A stretch of DNA of 64,000 nt from Thermoplasmata archaeon (lineage in GTDB: Archaea > Thermoplasmatota > Thermoplasmata > Thermoplasmatales > GCA-001856825): NCBI GenBank assembly GCA_023256615.1, contig JAGDXO010000022.1:5672-69671 (forward strand), in the 5' to 3' direction. Position numbers and translations under genes: made by a program. The notes below the pieces were generated by a model. The model had not been told where the DNA came from, did not search any database, and saw only the letters and a program-made list of their open reading frames with translations. Shown piece after piece: positions 1-8,656 of this stretch (positions are counted from its first letter, which is position 1; each line of letters starts with the position of its first letter).

Positions 1-1674
1 TTTGATTCTTCTCCAGTGTTCTTTTCACTGCTCGATTCAAAAGATGGAGGTTACTTCAAAATAGAACCCTTGGTAGACAATTTCCAGACAAGCCAAGAAT
101 ATGAAACAGATACCAATATACTGAAAACTAATTTTTTTAAAGATAAACAAAGGGTTCTCAGCATACTTGACTTCTTACCTATGACAAGGGAGAATTCCGT
201 TTATTTCTCAGAAATACATAGAAGGATAGAAGCTCTTTCTGATTTAGAAATAAAAATAACATTTGCTCCCTTTGCCACAAAAGAACGAAAGAATTTCATT
301 AAATTTGATGAAAAGGGCTATCTTGTTAAGACTCCTGAAAGAAGTCAGTTTCTTTCCGGTCATATAAATTTGGATAATATAGATGGTAAATTTCAGGGAA
401 ATATAAAAATGAAGACTGGGAAGGTTATCTGGTTAGTAAGCGCATACAATTTAACAAGAGCTTATTCTGTAGAGTTCTTCAACAGTGAAAAAAGATTATG
501 GGAAACCAGGAAATTCTGGAAGGAGTGGATTATAAGATCAAAATACCAGGGTGTATTTTATGAAACCGTGAATAGATCCTTGCTAATTTTGAAAGGCTTA
601 TTTTTTGAGCCAACCGGATTCATGGTAGCAGCTGCTACTACTTCTTTGCCTGAATCAATTGGTGGTGAAAGGAATTGGGATTATAGATATATGTGGATCA
701 GGGACACCGCTTACGTAATTGAGGCTATGGCCAAGGCTGGATTTGTTGATGAAGCAATGAAATTTTACTTGTCCATAATTGATAGGTATGAAAAAGACGG
801 TAGATTGTATTCACTTTATCCTATAAGTGAAGATGGTATCCTCAAGGAAGAAATAGCTGAACTTCCTGGCTACGAAAACACTGCACCTGTAAGATTTGGA
901 AATGATGCCCACAATCAGCTTCAGATTGATCAGTATGCTTCCTTTATAAGCGGGCTCAGAATTTTGATAGAAAATGGGGGTTATCTAAGTATTCATACAT
1001 TGGAGAAGGTACTTTCTGTAGGTGAAAAATTGGAGGAAATATGGAATCAGCCAGATTCTTCGATATGGGAGATCCGTGGCGAGAAGCGCAATTTTGTCTA
1101 TTCAAAATTGATGGCCTGGAAAGCTTTCGTGGATCTTGGTTGGTTATCTTCTTCCCTTGGGATGGATGAGCTCAAGAATAGATATGAAAATATTGCTTCT
1201 CAGATTAGACTGGATATTCTTAATAATGGAATAAGCAAGCGTGGTTACTATTCGCAAAGTTACGGATCAGATGAGTTAGACGCTTCTCTTCTTAGGATGC
1301 CCTTGGTCGGATTTTGCGATTTTAGCGACCCCATTTATGTAAACACATTTAATGCTATTGAGAAATATCTGATGAAAGAAAATTTTCTATTCAAAAGGTA
1401 TACTCTGGATGATGGATTGAAGGGAGAGGATAATGCCTTTCTTATGCTTACATACTGGTATATTAGAAATCTGATGATAGCAGGAAATCTGGATAAAGCA
1501 TCCAATATACTGATAGGCATAATTAATAAGATGAATTCACTTGGGATTTTACCTGAAGAATTAGAATTTCGAACTGGAAGATATCTTGGCAACTATCCGC
1601 AGGCTCTTAGCCATTTATCATTAGTTCTTACAATATTCGATTATAATGAAAAGATAAAGAAAATTAATATCTGA
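1..1674 (+). CDS. Glycoside hydrolase family 15 protein (glucoamylase/trehalase-like), probably 5'-truncated by the window edge
   Basis: The ORF track gives 16..1674, but the frame is open back to nt 1. GH15-type motif NWDYRYMWIRDTAY and an (alpha/alpha)6-type C-terminal region. 552 aa looks short for the family's N-terminal domain. Lies convergent with otsA. Confidence 0.8.
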   Translation, partial: FDSSPVFFSLLDSKDGGYFKIEPLVDNFQTSQEYETDTNILKTNFFKDKQRVLSILDFLPMTRENSVYFSEIHRRIEALSDLEIKITFAPFATKERKNFIKFDEKGYLVKTPERSQFLSGHINLDNIDGKFQGNIKMKTGKVIWLVSAYNLTRAYSVEFFNSEKRLWETRKFWKEWIIRSKYQGVFYETVNRSLLILKGLFFEPTGFMVAAATTSLPESIGGERNWDYRYMWIRDTAYVIEAMAKAGFVDEAMKFYLSIIDRYEKDGRLYSLYPISEDGILKEEIAELPGYENTAPVRFGNDAHNQLQIDQYASFISGLRILIENGGYLSIHTLEKVLSVGEKLEEIWNQPDSSIWEIRGEKRNFVYSKLMAWKAFVDLGWLSSSLGMDELKNRYENIASQIRLDILNNGISKRGYYSQSYGSDELDASLLRMPLVGFCDFSDPIYVNTFNAIEKYLMKENFLFKRYTLDDGLKGEDNAFLMLTYWYIRNLMIAGNLDKASNILIGIINKMNSLGILPEELEFRTGRYLGNYPQALSHLSLVLTIFDYNEKIKKINI

Positions 1675-1709
1675 TTCAACACCTTACCAAAATGGATGGA
1701 TATACTTTC

Positions 1710-3047
1710 TTAAGATTCTTTTAAAATCATTCCATTTATCCAATTATTTATGTCGTATTTTCTTATGAATTCCCTCATTTTTGATGCTCTATCTACTTTT
1801 ATCTCATCGGATATTTCCAGTATATTCCTGATTGCTGTTGAGAATTCCTCGAGATTAAAAGGGTTAACTTTTTCCGTTGCTTCTATGTAATGTGAAATAC
1901 CAGCAAATTTTGATAAAATGAGTAAACCGTTTCTATTGCTTGATATGTATTCTTCAGCTACAAGATTTAGCCCGTCCATTATTGGGGTCACCAAAAAAGC
2001 GTCAGAATTCCTGTACAAAGAAAATACTTCAGATTGTGTTATTTTACGGTAAATGTAGATAACAGGTGTCCATTCTGGAGTTCTTAACATTGAGTTCATA
2101 TTTCCTACAAGCTTGTCTATGCTTTCTTTATACCATTTGTACTCGTTTACTTCCTCCCTTGAGGGGCTGACAACAAGAACAAGAACAACCTTCCCATTAA
2201 ATTTTGGATTATTAATCAAAAAATGTCTGAAGGCTTCAAGCTTTTGTAGTATACCTTTTGTATAATCTAGTCTTGATAGCGAGCTTATTATCTTAATACC
2301 TTTTAGTTTAATTCTTTTGAGTTCTTCATCAAATTTATTCTTTCTTATCTCTACATTCTCGTATTCAGAATAATCAATTCCAAGCGGTATGGCAACAACT
2401 CTTCTTTCGAGAGTTTGATATGAATACTTTTGGCTTATCATTCCCTTAGATGTTTCAAGAAAATTATTCTTGTAGGATGGTAAATGGAATCCAATTTTCT
2501 GGGCACCTGAGATCCCGCTAACGATTTCTTTTATCCAAGGGAACATTTGTAGATATTCAGGAGATACCCATGGTATATGCCAGAAAAAACTTATTTTTTC
2601 AAAGCCTTTTTCATTTAGCTCCCCTGGGACCAAGGATAAATGGTAATCATTAACAAGAATACTCTCTCTGCTTTCTATCTCATTAGATATTTTATTTACC
2701 ATCTTGATATTTGATTCCCTGTATGATAGCCAGGGTTCAACCCTAAAAATATCGGCCTTTCTCAAATAATGAAAAATTGGCCATAAATAGTTATTGCAGA
2801 ATTCTCCATAATACAATTTATTTTTTTCTCTATCGATACTAATTCTGTGTATCGTCATATTCGTTATCTCATCTACACCTTCTTCACTGTCAAAACAGAA
2901 CCAATTTATTCGGTGATTTTTTCTTAATGAAGAAAGGCCTCCGACTAGGCCTCCTGTGTTCAATTCAGAAAATTTATCCTTGTTAGCCTTAAATGGACAT
3001 CTGTACGAAGCTATATTTATTCTCTCAGGGAAATTTTTCATTGTCAA
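1710..3047 (-). CDS. otsA: Trehalose-6-phosphate synthase (GT20, OtsA-like)
   Basis: 445 aa. GT20 hallmarks LWPIFHY, NDYHL and FFWHIPWVSPE, plus a C-terminal nucleotide-sugar binding half (MDGLNLVAEEY). Confidence 0.85.
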   Translation of the reverse strand: MTMKNFPERINIASYRCPFKANKDKFSELNTGGLVGGLSSLRKNHRINWFCFDSEEGVDEITNMTIHRISIDREKNKLYYGEFCNNYLWPIFHYLRKADIFRVEPWLSYRESNIKMVNKISNEIESRESILVNDYHLSLVPGELNEKGFEKISFFWHIPWVSPEYLQMFPWIKEIVSGISGAQKIGFHLPSYKNNFLETSKGMISQKYSYQTLERRVVAIPLGIDYSEYENVEIRKNKFDEELKRIKLKGIKIISSLSRLDYTKGILQKLEAFRHFLINNPKFNGKVVLVLVVSPSREEVNEYKWYKESIDKLVGNMNSMLRTPEWTPVIYIYRKITQSEVFSLYRNSDAFLVTPIMDGLNLVAEEYISSNRNGLLILSKFAGISHYIEATEKVNPFNLEEFSTAIRNILEISDEIKVDRASKMREFIRKYDINNWINGMILKES

Positions 3048-3192
3048 TTCATGCGTGAATCTCTTATAATATTTGCCTTGTGTTCATATATAAAATTAAT
3101 TATTTTTAATTTAAATTTTCAAAATTAAAAAAGTTTAAATATTCGATTTTAATTGCTAAGCAACAATAGGTTGATAACCAGAGGTGGTAATC

Positions 3193-3732
3193 ATGGTGAT
3201 TAGAAAAATAAGGAAGAAGGATGATGATGAATTCTGGGATGATATATATGAATTCCTGGAAAATGCTGATAGGGAATATAGAAAAATGTTCGAAAGATGG
3301 TTCGATACATTCGATGAAATAGAGAATATGAAAGATCAGCCGGGCACTTATGTCTATGGATTTACATACAAGGTAGGTCCAGATGGTAAACCAGTATTCC
3401 AAGAATTCGGAAATGTGCCAAAGGAATATTCAGAACTTCCAAGTCCGGAATATAGGGAACCGGCAACAGACATTCAAGAAAGGGAAAATGAGATATATGT
3501 TACTCTAGAGATGCCAGGGGTCAATAAGGAGGATATATCACTAGACGTGCAGGATAACACTCTAATTATAAAAGTTGACAGAGAAGGGAGAAAGTATTAC
3601 AAAGAGATAGAATTGGAAGATAAAATAGACCCAGATAAAATCAAGGCAACCTATTCAAATGGAGTCTTAGACATAGTCATTAAGAAAATTGAGCCGAAGA
3701 AAAAATCTGGAAAGAAAATTCCTATACAGTAA
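3193..3732 (+). CDS. hsp20: Small heat shock protein, Hsp20/alpha-crystallin family
   Basis: Alpha-crystallin domain (DIQERENEIYVTLEMPGVNKEDISLDV ... ATYSNGVLDIVIKK). The ATG at 3193 is preceded by GAGGTGG. The ORF track starts at the GTG at 3184. Confidence 0.85.
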   Translation: MVIRKIRKKDDDEFWDDIYEFLENADREYRKMFERWFDTFDEIENMKDQPGTYVYGFTYKVGPDGKPVFQEFGNVPKEYSELPSPEYREPATDIQERENEIYVTLEMPGVNKEDISLDVQDNTLIIKVDREGRKYYKEIELEDKIDPDKIKATYSNGVLDIVIKKIEPKKKSGKKIPIQ

Positions 3733-3734
3733 GT

Positions 3735-4265
3735 ATGACAGATATATTGGACCTGATAGATAATGAGATAAGAAGGAAAATACTCAGTATATTATCTATC
3801 AGGCCTTCTTATATTTTTGAACTTGCTAAAACACTTGGTACATCACAGCAGTTGATTTCTAAGCATTTAAAGATACTCGAAGATAGTGGTTTGGTTTACA
3901 AAATAGGAAAATTCGATTCTGAAGAAGGTCCTCAGAGAATTCTATATAAAGCAAATGCCCCTCTTCTTTCCTTATTGCAGTTCATTGAAAAAATTTCTCT
4001 TATGAACTTTGATAATGAAGATGAGGTTGATGAAAGAGATGTTGATATTGATAAACTTATTTCTGATCTCAAGTCCATAGATTCCGAGATTTCAGTTCTG
4101 GAGAGCAAAATAAAAGAACTAATTATAAGACAGCAGAGCATTCTCCTGAAGATCAATGAAATATTGAATGAAATGGATACTTCATCCTTGTTTAATCTTA
4201 TGGATGATGCTCTTAAGCGTGGGAATTTTGAAATTATTCTGGATGCTTTAAATAAGGTTCTTTAA
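3735..4265 (+). CDS. ArsR-type winged-helix transcriptional regulator with C-terminal coiled-coil
   Basis: HTH region RRKILSILSIRPSYIFELAKTLGTSQQLISKHLKILEDSGLVYK. Starts 2 nt after the hsp20 stop. Confidence 0.7.
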   Translation: MTDILDLIDNEIRRKILSILSIRPSYIFELAKTLGTSQQLISKHLKILEDSGLVYKIGKFDSEEGPQRILYKANAPLLSLLQFIEKISLMNFDNEDEVDERDVDIDKLISDLKSIDSEISVLESKIKELIIRQQSILLKINEILNEMDTSSLFNLMDDALKRGNFEIILDALNKVL

Positions 4266-4278
4266 TCAGTTTTATTAG

Positions 4279-4341
4279 GAGCAGATCAGACTGCCTGTCA
4301 CTCATCATCCATCAGTTAAGGCTGATGTCATCATCCTGCTC
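4279..4341 (-). ncRNA. C/D-box sRNA (2'-O-methylation guide)
   Basis: The minus strand reads GAGCAGG-AUGAUGA(C)-CAUCAGCCUUAA-CUGA(D')-UGG-AUGAUGA(C')-GUGACAGGCAGU-CUGA(D)-UCUGCUC. Both guide spacers are 12 nt and the D'-C' linker is 3 nt. A 6-bp terminal stem pairs GAGCAG with CUGCUC. It lies in an intergenic region. Confidence 0.8.
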
Positions 4342-4410
4342 AGTATGATAATTAAAACATAAATACATACTTAACTAATCTTTTTTTACATATACTCATT
4401 TTCTATATTG

Positions 4411-5703
4411 ATGAAAGAAACAGGCGGATTTATTATATCATCGGATAGGAGTGATTCTGGTAAAACGACAATAACACTGGGGATGATGAGATTATTCTCA
4501 AAAAAGTACAAAGTAGCTCCATTTAAGGTTGGTCCTGATTTTATTGATCCTATGTATCATAGGTTAGCTTCTGGAAATTATTCAGTTAATCTTGATCTAT
4601 GGATTATGGGCAAAAAAGGAGTTAAGGATATCTATGGCAAGTATTCTAAATTTCATGATATATCTATAATAGAAGGAGTAATGGGTTTTTATGATGGTTT
4701 AAATGGGAGATACAGCACATGGGAATTGTCTGATGTTTTAAATAAACCTGTTATAATTGTAATTGATTGCTCTAGAAATTCAACAACCGCTTCAGCTATT
4801 GTAAATGGTTTGAAAAATTATAAGAGGAATCACATCAGGGGTGTAATTTTCAACAAAGTTGCATCTCACTCTCATTATAATGACTGCAGAATGAAGTTAC
4901 CTAGAGGTATAAAATCACTAGGATGGATACCTTATAATGATTATCTTAAAATTGGATCCAGACATCTTGGCCTTCTGACTCCAGATGATAAATCTGAAGA
5001 TTTTATAAATAATGCAGCGGAATCAGTTGAAAATAATATAGATATTGACAGTTTAGCTGAAATAATAAGAATTGATGGTGAATATGAAACTCATAATCCT
5101 GGATTGGCTAACGAAAAGAAAGAAAAGGCTGCTGTTGCTTATGATAACGCTTTTTCCTTCTATTATTATGATAATATTGAAACTCTCAGAAATAATTATG
5201 AGTTGGAATTTTTTAGCCCCATTAAGAATCAAGTTGTAAAAGACCCTTCGTTTATTTATTTGGGAGGTGGATACCCAGAATTATTTGCGGAAGACCTTCA
5301 GAATAGTACTTTAACTAAGGGTTGGTTAAAAAAGGAAACGGACAAAGGAACTAAAATTTTAGCAGAATGTGGAGGAATGATGTATCTTTCAAGGAGTCTG
5401 AAAGTGGAAAAAAATTACAATATGACAGGTATTTTTGACGTTGAGGTTGTTATGGGAAAAAGAATTACGATTGGTTATACTGAACTTAAGGCAAGGGATA
5501 ATAACATTCTTTCAAAAAAAGGATCAAAGATAAGGGGACATGAATTCCATAAGTCTCAAATTTCAGATATTCGGGAAAAAAGGGTCTTTGACAACATTAG
5601 GGGGAGAGGTGTAGGTGACGGTACGGATGGTTTCCAATATCAGAATACTCTTGCCCTTTACTCACACAGCATTTTCTCATTTACCAGAGGAAAATTGTTT
5701 TAG
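4411..5703 (+). CDS. cbiA: Cobyrinic acid a,c-diamide synthase (CbiA/CobB)
   Basis: N-terminal P-loop SDRSDSGKTTITLG, a VAPFKVGPDFIDP motif, and a C-terminal glutamine amidotransferase domain with ECGGMMYL. The ATG at 4411 follows the TTG at 4408 used by the ORF track. Confidence 0.85.
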   Translation: MKETGGFIISSDRSDSGKTTITLGMMRLFSKKYKVAPFKVGPDFIDPMYHRLASGNYSVNLDLWIMGKKGVKDIYGKYSKFHDISIIEGVMGFYDGLNGRYSTWELSDVLNKPVIIVIDCSRNSTTASAIVNGLKNYKRNHIRGVIFNKVASHSHYNDCRMKLPRGIKSLGWIPYNDYLKIGSRHLGLLTPDDKSEDFINNAAESVENNIDIDSLAEIIRIDGEYETHNPGLANEKKEKAAVAYDNAFSFYYYDNIETLRNNYELEFFSPIKNQVVKDPSFIYLGGGYPELFAEDLQNSTLTKGWLKKETDKGTKILAECGGMMYLSRSLKVEKNYNMTGIFDVEVVMGKRITIGYTELKARDNNILSKKGSKIRGHEFHKSQISDIREKRVFDNIRGRGVGDGTDGFQYQNTLALYSHSIFSFTRGKLF

Positions 5704-5752
5704 CTAAGTCAGAAAAAGCAAAACAAAATATACGGAATTGCTATGAACAAAG

Positions 5753-6301
5753 GTGTATACTGGAAAGGGGGATAAGGGGGTAACTGACACCGCTACCGGA
5801 GAGCGAGTTATAAAAAGCAATCCGATTATTGAGTGGGAAGGTACATTGGATGAACTTATCTCACAGCTCGGGGTTAGTTGGGCAGAGTGTGAATATGATG
5901 ATATAAAGAATGATATTTATCAGGTTCAGAGGGATCTTTTTGCCATAGGAGAGCAAATACTTACAAATGGAGAAGGAAGAAAATTAAGGGATGATGGGGT
6001 TAAATGGTTAGAAGATAAGATTCATGAATACATGAAAGAAATTGGAGAGATTCGTTTATTCGTAATACCTGGCGGGAAAAAATCTGCGGCTAGTCTCCAA
6101 TTAAGTAGGGCAGTAACCAGAAGAGCAGAAAGGAGGCTTGCAGACCTTTCTCTTCAAAAGAAGATAGAACCTCTTATCTTGCAATATATGAACAGACTAT
6201 CGTCTTTCCTTTTCTTCTTATCACTTGCCGCAAATAGGCGTGCAGATTTCAAAGAGAGATTGTTTGAGTGGCCAAATCCAGAAAAGCTGCAGAAGAAATA
6301 G
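5753..6301 (+). CDS. ATP:cob(I)alamin adenosyltransferase, PduO type
   Basis: N-terminal YTGKGDKGVTD motif typical of PduO-type adenosyltransferases. 182 aa, GTG start. Confidence 0.8.
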   Translation: MYTGKGDKGVTDTATGERVIKSNPIIEWEGTLDELISQLGVSWAECEYDDIKNDIYQVQRDLFAIGEQILTNGEGRKLRDDGVKWLEDKIHEYMKEIGEIRLFVIPGGKKSAASLQLSRAVTRRAERRLADLSLQKKIEPLILQYMNRLSSFLFFLSLAANRRADFKERLFEWPNPEKLQKK

Positions 6302-6345
6302 GACTTTTCCTGAAAATTATTTATTGACAGTAATGTTACAGTATC

Positions 6346-6702
6346 ATGGATGTTCAAGGTTTTGCTAAAAAATATGATGAAGTAAGGGCGATGCCTCTTG
6401 AAGGGGGAGGAATTATAAGATGGCTTATAACTCACAGAGATGGTGCCCCTAACTTTTCAATGAGGTTAATCAACGTTGAAGGCGGAAAAAGTACTCCCGC
6501 CCATAGTCATGATTACGAACATGAGATTTTCATTATAGAGGGTAACGGTGTTGCCACAATTGGTGATAAAAATTTCAAGGTCGGGAGGGATAGTTTCATA
6601 TTCATACCTGGTAATAAGTATCATACTATAAAGGCTGAAACAGACATGAAAATGATATGTGTTGTACCGATAAAGGCTGCAATAGAAATTCTGGGAAAAT
6701 AA
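6346..6702 (+). CDS. Cupin domain protein
   Basis: Cupin metal motif (PAHSHDYEHEIFIIEGNG ... H), 118 aa. Confidence 0.7.
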   Translation: MDVQGFAKKYDEVRAMPLEGGGIIRWLITHRDGAPNFSMRLINVEGGKSTPAHSHDYEHEIFIIEGNGVATIGDKNFKVGRDSFIFIPGNKYHTIKAETDMKMICVVPIKAAIEILGK

Positions 6703-6720
6703 AATAATAATTAATATAAA

Positions 6721-7911
6721 TCAGGAAGTTGCATATTTTTCGTTTAATTTTACTGGGTTCGTGAAGTCGAAATAGAAATCGAATATTGGATCAGCATAGC
6801 CTCTTAATGTCATCCAGTAAATCCTTGCCATGCTCATCTTCATGAAATGTTTCATTCTCGTTGGCGGATAGGGTGCTACAGGATTATCGTAATCTGCTAT
6901 AACAAAAGTAGCCTTTCCATAGGCAGTATCAAATGGACAGTTTATTCTCCCCGTGAACTTGTCATACTTCCCTTGAATGATGTTTGCAACGACTTTTGCT
7001 TCAAGGTGAGCTGTTACTCCTGTCTTGGACGTGGGTAGATTATTCGCATCACCGACTGCAAATGCATTATCAAATCCCTTTATTTTCATTGTGTATTTAT
7101 CCGAAATTATGAATCTGTCCTCATTCTGCAATCCTTCGGGCAGTATTTTGATCTTAGTTCCTTTACAAGGTGGGACTATTATTGGTAGGTCATAATTTAT
7201 AGTGTCTCCCTCAATGGACGTCAAAATTTTTTTCTCGTTATCAACTGTGTCCAGATCGAAAAAAGGCATTACTTCTATTCCTCTCTCCTCTACCATCGGT
7301 TCAACTACCTTATTCATTGGTTCAGCTGGATAAGCCCTTGGAAATGGCGTAAAGAATTTTATTTTCGTTTTGCTCTTCAATCCCTTTTTGTTGAGATATT
7401 CTTCGAGTTGGAAAGCACCTTCCAATAGTGAAGGCGGACATTTGCAAGTTGGAGAGGCTTGTCCAATTGCAATTGTTCCTCCTTTGAAATTTTTGATATG
7501 ATTCCATAATTTCAGTGAGTTTTGAACGCTTGTATGATAATCCCCATATTCGTTGAAAACTTCTCTAAGTCCGGGGATAGGATCTGGATCAGGTGATGTT
7601 CCGGTTGCTATAATTATATAGTCATAATCATATGTGATCCTCAGAGACCCGTAAGCCTTCCTTTCATTAAGATTTATCTCAGTTATCTCATCTTTAACAT
7701 ACCTTATTCCCGGTTTCAACAATGAGGCTATGGGCTTACCTATTTTTCTTTTAGAACCTTTGAATGCCACGTATAGATACCAAGGCTGGTAATAATGATA
7801 TTCATCCTTGTCAACAACTGTAACGTTATAATCCTTTGGGTCCAGTGAATTCGCGAGGATTATCCCGCCAGCTCCTCCGCCTATTATCAGCACCTTTTCC
7901 ATATGTTCCAC
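6721..7911 (-). CDS. sqr: FAD-dependent pyridine nucleotide-disulfide oxidoreductase, sulfide:quinone oxidoreductase-like
   Basis: N-terminal FAD fold VLIIGGGAGG, Cys-containing PTCKCPPSLLEG (resembles the SQR KCxGAPxE region), AFAVGDA, and a late Cys (GRINCPFD). Followed on the same strand by tusA and dsrE-like genes. Confidence 0.65.
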   Translation of the reverse strand: MEHMEKVLIIGGGAGGIILANSLDPKDYNVTVVDKDEYHYYQPWYLYVAFKGSKRKIGKPIASLLKPGIRYVKDEITEINLNERKAYGSLRITYDYDYIIIATGTSPDPDPIPGLREVFNEYGDYHTSVQNSLKLWNHIKNFKGGTIAIGQASPTCKCPPSLLEGAFQLEEYLNKKGLKSKTKIKFFTPFPRAYPAEPMNKVVEPMVEERGIEVMPFFDLDTVDNEKKILTSIEGDTINYDLPIIVPPCKGTKIKILPEGLQNEDRFIISDKYTMKIKGFDNAFAVGDANNLPTSKTGVTAHLEAKVVANIIQGKYDKFTGRINCPFDTAYGKATFVIADYDNPVAPYPPTRMKHFMKMSMARIYWMTLRGYADPIFDFYFDFTNPVKLNEKYATS

Positions 7912-7919
7912 TTATCACT

Positions 7920-8153
7920 TTATCTCTTAAGAATTTTTATTTTAACAATTATCTTGTCTGGCTCTTCCTTTATTTCTACTATTTCATTCCCGGTTTTTTT
8001 TGCCCATGCCTCAGTGTCCGCTTTGACCCCTTTATCTGTTGCCCATAGTTCAAGCATATCTCCTACCTTAGAATTCCTGTATGCCCTGGCCAAGTCTGTA
8101 ATAGGACCTGGACAGGCTGCGCCTCTAGAGTCAATTAATTTTACATCTGTCAT
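7920..8153 (-). CDS. tusA: TusA/SirA-family sulfur carrier protein
   Basis: 77 aa with the diagnostic DSRGAACPGPI motif. Confidence 0.85.
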   Translation of the reverse strand: MTDVKLIDSRGAACPGPITDLARAYRNSKVGDMLELWATDKGVKADTEAWAKKTGNEIVEIKEEPDKIIVKIKILKR

Positions 8154-8162
8154 TTCATCACC

Positions 8163-8567
8163 TCATATAAATAGAACCTGTCCACCTTCTGAATCTGCCA
8201 GGAATTTGGCTGCTCCAACCATGTCGTCTACTATGGGGTCCAGATCTTCTCTCTTTATATTCATCACGCCGCAAGCCATTGAACACGCATAAATCTTTGC
8301 GCCCATTTCCTTGGCTTCCTGAAGCATTTCATACCAGGATTTAACGTGTTCTCTCTTCATGCCTTCCATTAAAGCTGGCCCCATATTTTCAAATTCCTTT
8401 GGCATTATCATCTTTTTCTCCCCCTTTGTAAAACTCAGAAGCCCCCAGAAAGTTACAAAAACGTTGACCTCATTCCCCATTGCTGCTCCTGCTTGGGAAA
8501 GAACACCGGCTGATAGCAATTTATCCACAGTTCCACTAAAAATTATAATAGATAGTTTGTTGGCCAT
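8163..8567 (-). CDS. DsrE/DsrF-like sulfur-relay family protein (COG2210-like)
   Basis: 134 aa. N-terminal LSIIIFSGTVDKL and the conserved Cys region KIYACSMACGVM typical of DsrE-like proteins. Confidence 0.7.
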   Translation of the reverse strand: MANKLSIIIFSGTVDKLLSAGVLSQAGAAMGNEVNVFVTFWGLLSFTKGEKKMIMPKEFENMGPALMEGMKREHVKSWYEMLQEAKEMGAKIYACSMACGVMNIKREDLDPIVDDMVGAAKFLADSEGGQVLFI

Positions 8568-8656
8568 ATTTCCATCGCCGTTCCTTAATCACTTAAGTAA
8601 ATTTAAATTTATCTAAAAGTATTCACCTTTAACTATAATTATTTAGATGACCTTAA

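Noticed and set aside
3106-3402. 98-aa minus-strand ORF spanning the hsp20 promoter and 5' end
   Set aside because: It overlaps the hsp20 coding start, and its hydrophobic low-complexity translation derives from AT-rich spacer. No support for it as a gene.
4290-4301. D-guide target ACUGCCUGUCAC resembles the universal 16S rRNA decoding-site sequence ACCGCCCGUCAC
   Set aside because: Pairing would need two A-C mismatches within 12 nt, and the 16S gene is not in the window. The match is too weak to claim as a target.
4266-4410. Possible cobalamin riboswitch or Rho-independent terminator in the GC-richer spacer upstream of cbiA
   Set aside because: The conserved-looking part resolves completely as a C/D-box sRNA on the opposite strand. 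No B12-box-like element was recognised, and cobalamin riboswitches are not expected in archaea.
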